DNA from: a virus
Strand: one strand, 5' to 3'
DNA: 64,000 nt
Virus record (IMG/VR): IMGVR_UViG_3300044630_006441
Coordinates: 81,197-145,196 of that record
Position 1 is the stretch's first letter; the number at the start of each line of letters is the position of its first letter. Below, one piece after another: positions 18,304 through 26,903 of this stretch. The notes under the pieces are model-generated. The model had not been told where the DNA came from and did no database searches. It saw only the letters and a program-made list of their open reading frames with translations. A program made the translations under genes and the position numbers.

Positions 18304-19751
18304 ATCAAGATCCGGCAGCGGAGAGGGCTGTTCTGGCGGCTCTTCTCAAGGGTGGTCACGAGGCGTGGGTGGACGTCTCGGATGTGCTTTCTGCGGCCTG
18401 TTTCACTTGTGGAACAAACGCCGTCTACTATCGTTGCTTGGAGAAGGTTCTGGCTGAACCCAACTCCAAAGCGGACATACCCTCTATCGTGTCGGCGGCT
18501 GGCACGCTGGGGTTTGCGGATACATTCAAATCCCAGGAGGAGCAGAAATATCTGCGGGCCTTGGCGGTCACGCCGGTTGAACCATCCAATCTACGCCGGT
18601 TGGCCGCACGCCTAGTCAAATTGCACAAGGCCAACGAATTCTCCGAGGTCATGAAAGATTCGGCAGAGAAACTGGCGAATATTTCGGGCGACGAAACCCT
18701 TGGGGAAATCCTGGGGATTGGCGAAGAGGCCGTCTTCAATTTCGTCGGTAATCTGGGCAACCAGTCCGAAAGCCTGGCTCATATCTCCAAGGACTTGGAC
18801 GAATACATTGATTACCTTGCCGCCAACCCGTCGGAGGTGATGGGAATCTCTTCCGGTTTGCCTCAGTACGATGCGGCGATCGGGGGCGGGTTCCAGCGCG
18901 GCACGGTCAATGTGATCGGTGCTAGGCCGAAGACTGGCAAGACTCAGTTGGCTGACAACATCGCCCTGCATGTCGCCTCCAAGCTGAACATCCCCGTCCT
19001 GAACCTGGACACGGAAATGTCAGCGAAAGAGCATTGGCATCGCATGTTGGCGAACATGGCGAATGTGGTGGTGGACGACATCAAGAGTGGCAAGTTTGCC
19101 GCCGACGAGATGAAGTCCAAGGCTGTGTACGAAGCCAAGGAAAAGCTCAAGAATATCCCCTACCACTACGCATCGATTGCTGGCCAGCCCTTTGAGGAGA
19201 CGGTCGGCTCCATGCGGCGATGGTTGTATCGTCATGTCGGCTTCGATGAGTCTGGACAGACAAAGCCAGCCCTCATCGTGTTCGACTACATCAAGCTGAT
19301 GGACGACCGCAGTATCACCAAGAACATATCGGAATTCCAGGCTCTGGGATTCCTGATGACCAACCTGCACAATTTTGCGGTGCGCTATCAGGTTCCCGTC
19401 CTGGCGTTTGTCCAGTTGAACCGGGACGGCATCAATGCCGAGGACACGAGCACGGCTAGCGGTTCAGACCGCATCATCTGGCTGTGTTCAAACTTTTCCA
19501 TTTACAAGTGGAAAAGTCAGGAGGAGATGGCCGAAGAAGGAATGGGGCCGGACGGCGTGCGTTACAACCTGAAGCTTATCCCGGTTGTTTCGCGCCACGG
19601 CAAGGGGCTTGAGGGTGGGGACTACATCAACATTCAGGGGCAGTATGAATATGGCAGACTCAAGGAAGGACCGACGCGGAACAGCCTACTCCGCAGCAAA
19701 CCAACACGGTCAGGCTTCGACAATCCCCCCCAAGACTCCCCAGAGTTTTGA
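18300..19751 (+). CDS. dnaB: Replicative DNA helicase
   Basis: AERAVL, GARPKTGKT, DTEMS, VFDYIKLM, QLNR, SGSDRI. Confidence 0.9.
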   Translation: MNQDPAAERAVLAALLKGGHEAWVDVSDVLSAACFTCGTNAVYYRCLEKVLAEPNSKADIPSIVSAAGTLGFADTFKSQEEQKYLRALAVTPVEPSNLRRLAARLVKLHKANEFSEVMKDSAEKLANISGDETLGEILGIGEEAVFNFVGNLGNQSESLAHISKDLDEYIDYLAANPSEVMGISSGLPQYDAAIGGGFQRGTVNVIGARPKTGKTQLADNIALHVASKLNIPVLNLDTEMSAKEHWHRMLANMANVVVDDIKSGKFAADEMKSKAVYEAKEKLKNIPYHYASIAGQPFEETVGSMRRWLYRHVGFDESGQTKPALIVFDYIKLMDDRSITKNISEFQALGFLMTNLHNFAVRYQVPVLAFVQLNRDGINAEDTSTASGSDRIIWLCSNFSIYKWKSQEEMAEEGMGPDGVRYNLKLIPVVSRHGKGLEGGDYINIQGQYEYGRLKEGPTRNSLLRSKPTRSGFDNPPQDSPEF

Positions 19752-20772
19752 GCGCCTACGGAAGATAGCAGCAGCGGCCACCCAAAAGCTTGAGACAGTC
19801 TTTGACGCCCTTGGGCTGGAGTACAAGCCCGCCGAGAACTCGTTCTTCACGGCGTGCCCCGTGCATGGCGGCGATAACCCGACCGGCTGTCGGGTCTACT
19901 ACAACGCCTCCATGGGGTACTGGCAATGCTTCACCAGGGGCTGCGAGAAGGTTTTCCGGGACGACACTTTTGGCTTTGTGCGGGGTGCCCTGTCTCGCCA
20001 GCGTTACGGGTGGGTGGCTGAAGGCGACAAGGTGGCGACGGTCAACGAGACGGAGAAGTTCCTCTCTGCCTTGTTGTCGCTCACTCCAGGTGCGGAAATT
20101 CCCCAGGTTGACAAAAGTCAGCGGGAGTTCGTCACCGCCACCCGCATCATGCAGGTCGAAAGCGGTCCTGTCGGCAAATGGGGCCGCGATCTCGTGCGGA
20201 GCCGCATGGAGATCCCCAGCAAGTTTTTCAAGGGGCGCGGTTTTGGCGATGAAGTGCTCAACCATTTCGATATCGGCGACACGAAACAGGGGCCGTTCGC
20301 TGGCAGGGCCGTTGTCCCCATCTATGACCACACCGGTCGGATGGCGGTCGGTTTCTCTGCCAGGGCGATTGGGGATATGCAGCCGAAGTGGCGGCACTCC
20401 GAGGGATTTTCCCGATCCCGTGTCCTTTACAACCAGTTTGTTGCTTTTAGAGAGGCTCGTCGCTCAGGCACGATCATCCTGACTGAGGGACCGTGCGATG
20501 TTTGGCGCCTCTGGGAGGCTGGTTACCACAATGCGGTGGCACTGTTTGGCGTTGCCCTGAGTGACGCGCAGCAGGTGCTGCTGGAATCATCCGGAGCCAG
20601 TCGTGTGATCGTGTTTCTGGATGACGATGAGGCTGGACAGATTGCCTCGCAAAAGATTGTTGCCCAGCTTTCCAGGTCATTCCGCGTGATTGCGGCTCGA
20701 GCTGGACAGGGTAAAGATCCAGCCGATTTGTCTGTGGACGAAATCAAGCAGGTACTAGGGAGGCTCAAGTGA
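19645..20772 (+). CDS. dnaG: DNA primase (CHC2 Zn finger + Toprim); start uncertain
   Basis: CPVH...CFTRGC; VGFSAR; EGPCD; DDDEAG; KDP. Confidence 0.85.
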   Translation: MNMADSRKDRRGTAYSAANQHGQASTIPPKTPQSFERLRKIAAAATQKLETVFDALGLEYKPAENSFFTACPVHGGDNPTGCRVYYNASMGYWQCFTRGCEKVFRDDTFGFVRGALSRQRYGWVAEGDKVATVNETEKFLSALLSLTPGAEIPQVDKSQREFVTATRIMQVESGPVGKWGRDLVRSRMEIPSKFFKGRGFGDEVLNHFDIGDTKQGPFAGRAVVPIYDHTGRMAVGFSARAIGDMQPKWRHSEGFSRSRVLYNQFVAFREARRSGTIILTEGPCDVWRLWEAGYHNAVALFGVALSDAQQVLLESSGASRVIVFLDDDEAGQIASQKIVAQLSRSFRVIAARAGQGKDPADLSVDEIKQVLGRLK

Positions 20773-21389
20773 TGTTAGTCGGAATCGCAGGCAAAAAAGG
20801 GGCTGGCAAAGACACCCTCGCCCACGACCTCGTGGAGCATCGTCATTGGATCAATAACTATCTGGCTGCTGGCAAGGTCTTTCACTTTGCCGACACCCTC
20901 AAGAAGGTGACCGTGGAGTTGCTTGGTATTCCGGCCGAGATGGTTTACGGCACCCAGGAGGACAAAGAGCAGAAGTGTCATCTGCGCTGGGAAAACATGC
21001 CGACTTACGAACTGATGGGGGATTTGCGTCCAACTGGCCGGATGTCTGTCCGGGAAGTGTTGCAATACTTCGGCACAGAAATCCTGCGCAAGATGTATGG
21101 CCGCGTCCACATCAACGCCACCTTCAACGCCATCGCCCAGTACGAGGAATCCCAGGAGGGCCAGGTTCTGTCCGTCGTCGCAGATTTACGCTTCCCGAAC
21201 GAGTGCGATGCCATTAAAGAAGAGGGGGGTATCGTCATAGGTTTAACCCGTGGCGAAAAAGGCGATAATCATGCTAGCGAAAACGCTTTAGATGACTATT
21301 CTTTCAATGTACTGATCGACAATATCGGTATGACTCGTGAAGAGCAGCTTGAAGCCGCTCTCAAATCCTTGCGAAGGAGCTACCGTTGA
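20769..21389 (+). CDS. Deoxynucleoside monophosphate kinase
   Basis: GKKGAGKDT, FADTLK, REVLQYFGTE, DLRFPNE, HASE. Confidence 0.85.
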   Translation: MMLVGIAGKKGAGKDTLAHDLVEHRHWINNYLAAGKVFHFADTLKKVTVELLGIPAEMVYGTQEDKEQKCHLRWENMPTYELMGDLRPTGRMSVREVLQYFGTEILRKMYGRVHINATFNAIAQYEESQEGQVLSVVADLRFPNECDAIKEEGGIVIGLTRGEKGDNHASENALDDYSFNVLIDNIGMTREEQLEAALKSLRRSYR

Positions 21390-22447
21390 TTGTAACTTTT
21401 TTGCGGTCTAGCTCCGTAGGGTCTTATGGTTGGTGTCCACACAAGTTCTTTATCACCAGTAACTTGGGTCATAAGGAACCTTCCGGCAAAAAAGCCGAGT
21501 CTGGAAACATCGTCCATAAGGCTCTGGAACTTCTAGCCCGCAAAAAACTGGCCCATCAAAATAAAGAAAAAACCTTTTCTGATCCCGAAGTCGAAAAAGA
21601 ATTCGACACAGCCACTTTCACCCCAGAATTAGCCATCGCTGCTGGCTGGGATCACTACACCAACCCCGAACGCACCATCCATCCCTGGACTAACGGCGAC
21701 CGGAAGAAATGCGAGCAATGGACCTGGGATGTCTTGCTGTTTAACGACGGCATGTTTTCTCCCGTCAATCGCAATGTCGTCATGCCGGAACAATATTTTG
21801 AAATAACTTTGCCCCACGAATGGGCGAAGTACGAATATTCGTTGCCAGATGGCCGCAACTATAAGGGCCAGTTGATTTTGCGCGGCACGATGGACCTCGT
21901 CACCAGGATCAGGCCTGGGCTGATTGAGTACATCGACTGGAAAACCGGCAAGCGTCGATGTTGGGTGAAAGATAAAGTTAAAGAATATGATGATATGTAT
22001 GAAGATTTTCAGCTTCGTCTATATCATTATGCCTTGTGCGAGCTTTATCCAAACGATGATATCTTAATGACAATCTTTTTTGTGCAAGATGGTGGGCCTT
22101 ACTCTTTGTGTTTGCAGCGGTCAGACTTGCCCGACACACTTCAGATGATTCGTCGTGAGTTTGAAAAGATCAAAATGGACAATCATCCCCGCCGCATTCT
22201 CGACCGCGATCCCAAGAACTGGAAGTGTAGTCGCCTGTGCTCTTTTTTCGACGACCAGCATCCTGTCTCCGGTTTGTCGACTTGCCAGCATTTCAAGAAT
22301 GAGATCATTGAATTGGGGATCGACAGGGTCGTCTCCAAGTATGCGGTGGGGGAACCTTGGGCCGGTTACGGTTCCGGTGGTGGCAGAACAGAAAGGGTTG
22401 ACGAGGCTGCCAATCAAGCCGTAGTATCTTCAGGAGTAGCGTCGTGA
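21386..22447 (+). CDS. Cas4/AddB-like PD-(D/E)xK exonuclease with Fe-S cysteines
   Basis: WCP, GNIVHKALE, GTMDLV, DWKTG, QLRLY, C..LC...C. Confidence 0.8.
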   Translation: MIVTFLRSSSVGSYGWCPHKFFITSNLGHKEPSGKKAESGNIVHKALELLARKKLAHQNKEKTFSDPEVEKEFDTATFTPELAIAAGWDHYTNPERTIHPWTNGDRKKCEQWTWDVLLFNDGMFSPVNRNVVMPEQYFEITLPHEWAKYEYSLPDGRNYKGQLILRGTMDLVTRIRPGLIEYIDWKTGKRRCWVKDKVKEYDDMYEDFQLRLYHYALCELYPNDDILMTIFFVQDGGPYSLCLQRSDLPDTLQMIRREFEKIKMDNHPRRILDRDPKNWKCSRLCSFFDDQHPVSGLSTCQHFKNEIIELGIDRVVSKYAVGEPWAGYGSGGGRTERVDEAANQAVVSSGVAS

Positions 22448-22944
22448 GTAGCTGCCATTTAAAGATCGGGACTAAGATCGTATTGAACGAGGCCGAGCAA
22501 AGGCTGGCCAAGTTTTTAGCGAAGTCCAGATACATGAAAAATAGGCAGTCCAACACGAAAGACGGCAAGGTGGGGCCGCAAGATTGTGAGACAACAGATC
22601 TGGAAGGAATCGCAGCAGAAATCGCATTTTGCAAGATGGTCAATGTCTATCCAGATTTACAGCTGGATGAACGACCAGAGCATGATGCCACTCTTCCATG
22701 CGGCACTACTGTCGATGTCAAAGCGACCAAATACAAGAACGGCAAGCTTTTAGCCGTTCCAGGAAAAGTGGATAAGTCCGATGGACTTGACACCTACTCG
22801 CTTGTTGTGGGCGAGTTTCCCGGCCCTTATGAGTTTAAGGGCTTTTGCAAGCGTGAGGAGTTGCTGCGGCAGGAGCGACTCACGAATCTGGGCTACGGCC
22901 CCACCTATGCCGCGGAACAAAAGGAGCTTTCTGAACAGCCATGA
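22444..22944 (+). CDS. Hypothetical protein, possible restriction-endonuclease-like fold
   Basis: G..AE.AF, D...VDVK pattern. Confidence 0.5.
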   Translation: MSSCHLKIGTKIVLNEAEQRLAKFLAKSRYMKNRQSNTKDGKVGPQDCETTDLEGIAAEIAFCKMVNVYPDLQLDERPEHDATLPCGTTVDVKATKYKNGKLLAVPGKVDKSDGLDTYSLVVGEFPGPYEFKGFCKREELLRQERLTNLGYGPTYAAEQKELSEQP

Positions 22945-23270
22945 GCAGCTTAGCCAACTATCAACTGGAAGCCCGGACCACAGCGATTTATCCTGCGCAA
23001 GTCAAGGTCATTTACCCGGCACTTGGATTGGCTGGCGAAGCTGGCGAGGTGTGCAACAAAGCCAAAAAAATTCTGCGTGACGACGCCGGAAATTTGACCG
23101 ACGACAAGCGAACTCAGTTGGTGGACGAACTGGGCGATGTCCTCTGGTACGCAGCCAATTTGGCTACCGACCTGGGGGTGACCCTTGAGGAAGTCGCCAA
23201 GCGGAATCTGGCGAAATTGAAAAGCCGCCAGGAGCGTGGCACTCTGACAGGGAGCGGCGATAATCGCTGA
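22941..23270 (+). CDS. MazG-like nucleotide pyrophosphohydrolase
   Basis: LGLAGEAGEV..K.KK..RD, ELGDVLWY, N..KL..R..RG...GSGDNR. Confidence 0.9.
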   Translation: MSSLANYQLEARTTAIYPAQVKVIYPALGLAGEAGEVCNKAKKILRDDAGNLTDDKRTQLVDELGDVLWYAANLATDLGVTLEEVAKRNLAKLKSRQERGTLTGSGDNR

Positions 23271-23282
23271 TTTGTCTGGGCG

Positions 23283-23320
23283 TGGTCCCGGCCAATATGG
23301 TCGGGGCCATCGCTTCTTCA
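23283..23320 (+). terminator. GC-rich hairpin upstream of HNH gene
   Basis: TGGTCCCGGCC-aatat-GGTCGGGGCCA with G-U pairs; weak U tail. Confidence 0.4.
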
Positions 23321-23388
23321 AAAGATTTTGGGTTTTACTTGATATTCTACTTCCATAGTTACTACTGTTGACTGTGGAGGTGAACACT

Positions 23389-24057
23389 ATGAAGCTTGAA
23401 GCCGATCAGATTGAGCGATTTTGGTCTAAGGTAGAAAAAACAGATAGTTGTTGGCTGTGGACGGCTGGGCAAAAGAACCCAGAAGGCTACGGTGGTTTTT
23501 ATGTGCGGCAAATCGACAACACAGTTTCCTGCCACAAAATAGCTTTTTGCATTGAGCATAATTTTGGGTTAAATGATATTCCTGAAGGGATTGTTATTCG
23601 TCATCTTTGCAACAATCATCCCTGCGTAAACCCATCTCATCTTGCCCTTGGGACTTATAAAGACAACAGCCAAGATATGGTTGCCGCTGGCAATTCTGTG
23701 GGCGGGGAAAAAAATTGGAAAAGCAAAGTTGATCGAGCAAAAGTCTTAGAAATGCGTAGGCTTTGGTCAACTGGAGAATACACAAAATCTCAATTGGCAG
23801 AACTTTTTCAGATTACTGATTCTACTGTCTGGCAGATCATCACCAATCGCACATGGAAAGACTCATCATATGTGCCAATTACTTTTTCTGAAACAAAAAA
23901 TAAAGCTTGTAAATTTACTCACGATCAAGTGCAAGAAATAAAAGAAAAATATAAGAGTGGAATTCCTGTTCGCTCTTTAGTTGTCGAGTACAACATCAGC
24001 ATGTCTCAAGTTTACAATATACTACACGGACGACAACGAAAGGGTGGGAATCAATGA
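23389..24057 (+). CDS. Free-standing HNH homing endonuclease with C-terminal HTH repeats
   Basis: RFWSKV..CWLW, H.C.N..CVNP.HL..GT..DN..DM; AT-rich; SD GGAGGTG. Confidence 0.85.
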   Translation: MKLEADQIERFWSKVEKTDSCWLWTAGQKNPEGYGGFYVRQIDNTVSCHKIAFCIEHNFGLNDIPEGIVIRHLCNNHPCVNPSHLALGTYKDNSQDMVAAGNSVGGEKNWKSKVDRAKVLEMRRLWSTGEYTKSQLAELFQITDSTVWQIITNRTWKDSSYVPITFSETKNKACKFTHDQVQEIKEKYKSGIPVRSLVVEYNISMSQVYNILHGRQRKGGNQ

Positions 24058-25979
24058 GTTGGGTTCCTCTCCATGTTCATTCGATGTACAGCCTTTTAGA
24101 CTCAAACTCAAAACCAGATGCAATTGCTAGCAGATGTGAAAAGCTTGGCTACAAGTCTTGTGCGATCACAGACCATGGCACGCTTTCTGGTGTCGCCGCC
24201 TTCTCCAAAGCTCTCCGCAAGCGTGGCATCAAGCCTATCCTTGGTTCTGAGTTTTATCTGTGCTCCGGCCCCGCCCATGACAAACGCCAGGAAAACGGAT
24301 CACTATCCCATCTTTGCGTTCTAGCTAAAGGCGAGGAGGGGTGGAAAAGACTCATCCAGGCATCCAGCGCATCCAACGATCCCAACCACTTCTACAGGAA
24401 ACCGCGACTGGATCTCGACCTGTTGGGAAAACACGCCGACGGCAAACTGATCGTGTTCTCCGGCCATCCCGGCAGCGACCTCTGCAATGCCCTGTTTGAG
24501 AATCCCAAGGCTGCATACGGTTGCCAGACATATGACCAGGCAAGGGCCATGGTGCCTGCCGATTGGGAAAAGCGGCTGCTCAAGATCACGAATCGCTACA
24601 AGGATCTTTTCGGGGCAGAGAATTTCTGGATTGAGATTCAGGCCGTTGACCAGGAGAACCTACCGGCTGCTGCTGTCGCCGTCAAAGGCCTCAGGCATTT
24701 TGCCAAAAAATACGGCATCAAGACCCTGGGGACTCCCGATGCGCATTATCCGGCAAGTGAGGATGCGGCGGATCAACGAGTTCTGTTATGTTCTGCCATG
24801 CAAACGACTCTGCCGACCATCCATTCAGCCCTAGCCAAACAGGAGGATGTCTCCCTTGGGGGATTTTTCCGTTCCAATCGCTATTGCATTCCCGACTTCG
24901 ACGAAGTGAAGGGATTACACACTCCGGCTGAGATCGAGGCGTCTCTTGAAATCAGCGATCTTTGCGGCGACTACGACATTTTGTCGAAGCCATATCTGCC
25001 GGAGTTCGCCTGTCCCAACGGCATGAATGCGGATGAATATGTTCGACATCTTTGCCGCGAGGGCTGGAAGCGTAAGCTGAAACATGCGACCGCTGGGACC
25101 GATGAGTACACGGCATATGGCGACCGGGTCAAGAAAGAGCTGGGCGTTATCACCGAGGCAGGCCTGTCGGCCTACTTCCTGATCGTGTCGGAATACTGCG
25201 AATGGGCCAGGAGCCAGGGCTGGTTGGTCGGCAAGGGGCGCGGTTCGGGTGCTGGATGTTTGGTCAGTTACCTGCTGGGAATCACCAATGTCGACCCCGT
25301 CAAATACAGTCTGCTGTTTGAGCGTTTTTACAATGCGGGCCGTAATCAGCCAGGTCGCGTGAGCTTGCCGGATATCGACTGTGATTTTCCCATCTCTCAC
25401 CGTGACGAGGTCGTACAACATATGCGTGACCGCTACGGTGATGACCGCGTGGCGCAGATGGTAACCTTTTCCAGATTGCAGGGTCGCGCAGCCATCAAGG
25501 ACGTTTTGCGGGCACACGAAAAAGGCACTTTTGATGAAATCAATAAGATCACAGACCATATTCCTGATGAGGCTGCCATTTCTGACGAGCTTCAGGAAAT
25601 GCGGGAGGAGACCGGCGAAGCTTCCATTTTGATGTGGGCCTTGGAAAACAACCCGAAGGAGTTAGCGCCTTGGTGTCGCATTGCGGACGATGGTCAACTT
25701 GAGGGGCCTCTGGCTGTTGAGTTTGCCCAGGCTATCCGTCTTGAAGGAACCAAGCGAAATCAATCAAAACATGCTGCCGGTGTGGTGATTGCGCCTAGAT
25801 CGTTGGCCGATTGCTGCCCTATGGTATTTGACAAGTCTACTAACCGTCGCATTTGCGGTGTGGAGATGTCGGACCTTGAAGCTATGGGCTTCGTAAAGTT
25901 CGACATCTTGGGGGTTGCGGCTCTCGACAAAATGCAAGGGGCTATTTCTTTGTTGAAGGGGGGACCTGTCCGTGTTTGA
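24054..25979 (+). CDS. dnaE: DNA polymerase III alpha, N-terminal half (PHP + palm)
   Basis: LHVHS.YSLLD, AITDHG, DAHY, GRGSGAG.LV.Y, FERF.N, PDID.DF, KHAAGVV, KFDILG. Confidence 0.9.
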   Translation: MSWVPLHVHSMYSLLDSNSKPDAIASRCEKLGYKSCAITDHGTLSGVAAFSKALRKRGIKPILGSEFYLCSGPAHDKRQENGSLSHLCVLAKGEEGWKRLIQASSASNDPNHFYRKPRLDLDLLGKHADGKLIVFSGHPGSDLCNALFENPKAAYGCQTYDQARAMVPADWEKRLLKITNRYKDLFGAENFWIEIQAVDQENLPAAAVAVKGLRHFAKKYGIKTLGTPDAHYPASEDAADQRVLLCSAMQTTLPTIHSALAKQEDVSLGGFFRSNRYCIPDFDEVKGLHTPAEIEASLEISDLCGDYDILSKPYLPEFACPNGMNADEYVRHLCREGWKRKLKHATAGTDEYTAYGDRVKKELGVITEAGLSAYFLIVSEYCEWARSQGWLVGKGRGSGAGCLVSYLLGITNVDPVKYSLLFERFYNAGRNQPGRVSLPDIDCDFPISHRDEVVQHMRDRYGDDRVAQMVTFSRLQGRAAIKDVLRAHEKGTFDEINKITDHIPDEAAISDELQEMREETGEASILMWALENNPKELAPWCRIADDGQLEGPLAVEFAQAIRLEGTKRNQSKHAAGVVIAPRSLADCCPMVFDKSTNRRICGVEMSDLEAMGFVKFDILGVAALDKMQGAISLLKGGPVRV

Positions 25980-26250
25980 AGAAGACTGCGAAGAAATGGA
26001 CCTTTCCAAGCGCATGGTCGCACACAACCTGGCTTTGCTCGACGCGCTTGCTGAGGCTTCCGAAGCCAAAAAGCGTATGGCCGAAGAGATGGGAAGTGTC
26101 ATCAAAGCCATCCTGATCAAGTTCGGTGGCGAGATCACCCTTGACGGGATGTTCATCGCCGCCGCCGAGTCTCCCACCTGTGTCTTGAACCATGAGGTTT
26201 CCGACAACGGCGAAACGCTTCGTTTTTGGGTCGAGGAGTCAGAGGAATGA
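25972..26250 (+). CDS. Small acidic hypothetical protein
   Basis: 92 aa between dnaE-N and exonuclease. Confidence 0.6.
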   Translation: MFEEDCEEMDLSKRMVAHNLALLDALAEASEAKKRMAEEMGSVIKAILIKFGGEITLDGMFIAAAESPTCVLNHEVSDNGETLRFWVEESEE

Positions 26251-26903
26251 CCAACAACATCATCATCTGTTTTGACTTTGAGACCGGCGGGCTGGATATC
26301 AAGACCACCGAGCCGATCGAGATTGCTGCGGTAGCCATCAATCCCCGCACGCTTTCGGTTGTGCCGGACGGTACCTTCTACAGTCTGTGCAAGCCGACTG
26401 ACTTTTCGCTGTTGCAGGATCAGGCCCTGGCCGTCAACGGCAAGACGCGTGACCAGCTCAAGCAGGCACCCGAACAGGAAGCCGTTTGGAGAAGCTTTGC
26501 CAGCTTCATCAAGCGGTTCAATCCCAAGGGGAATGGGTTCACCACGGCACCCATCGCTGCTGGCAAAAACATTCGCATGTTTGATTTGCCAATCTTCAAT
26601 CGGTTGTGCGTCAAGTATGGATTTGCCGACAAGAACGGGGATCAAAACCTGTTCCATCGTCGGAAGGTCTATGACTTGGAGGACATCCTCGAGTACTGGT
26701 TCCACGACAGCGATGAACTGCCGGATCGCAAGATGGACACATTGCGTGGGTACTTCGGTCTGTCGAGAGACGGTGCCCACTCAGCCATGGTTGACACCAA
26801 GCAGACGGCTGAGTTGATCGTGCGGTTCCTGAAAGTGCATCGTTACTACGCCTCCAAGATTCCTTTCCGTGGTGCATGTGCCAAGAACATGGTGATTGTT
26901 TGA
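26247..26903 (+). CDS. DEDDh 3'-5' exonuclease (DnaQ/epsilon-like)
   Basis: DFETGG, N..FD, H.A..D. Confidence 0.85.
   Translation: MTNNIIICFDFETGGLDIKTTEPIEIAAVAINPRTLSVVPDGTFYSLCKPTDFSLLQDQALAVNGKTRDQLKQAPEQEAVWRSFASFIKRFNPKGNGFTTAPIAAGKNIRMFDLPIFNRLCVKYGFADKNGDQNLFHRRKVYDLEDILEYWFHDSDELPDRKMDTLRGYFGLSRDGAHSAMVDTKQTAELIVRFLKVHRYYASKIPFRGACAKNMVIV

Noticed and set aside
21386-22447. Cas4-like gene as part of a CRISPR system
   Set aside because: No repeat-spacer array or other cas genes seen; solo Cas4-like nucleases are common in phage replication modules
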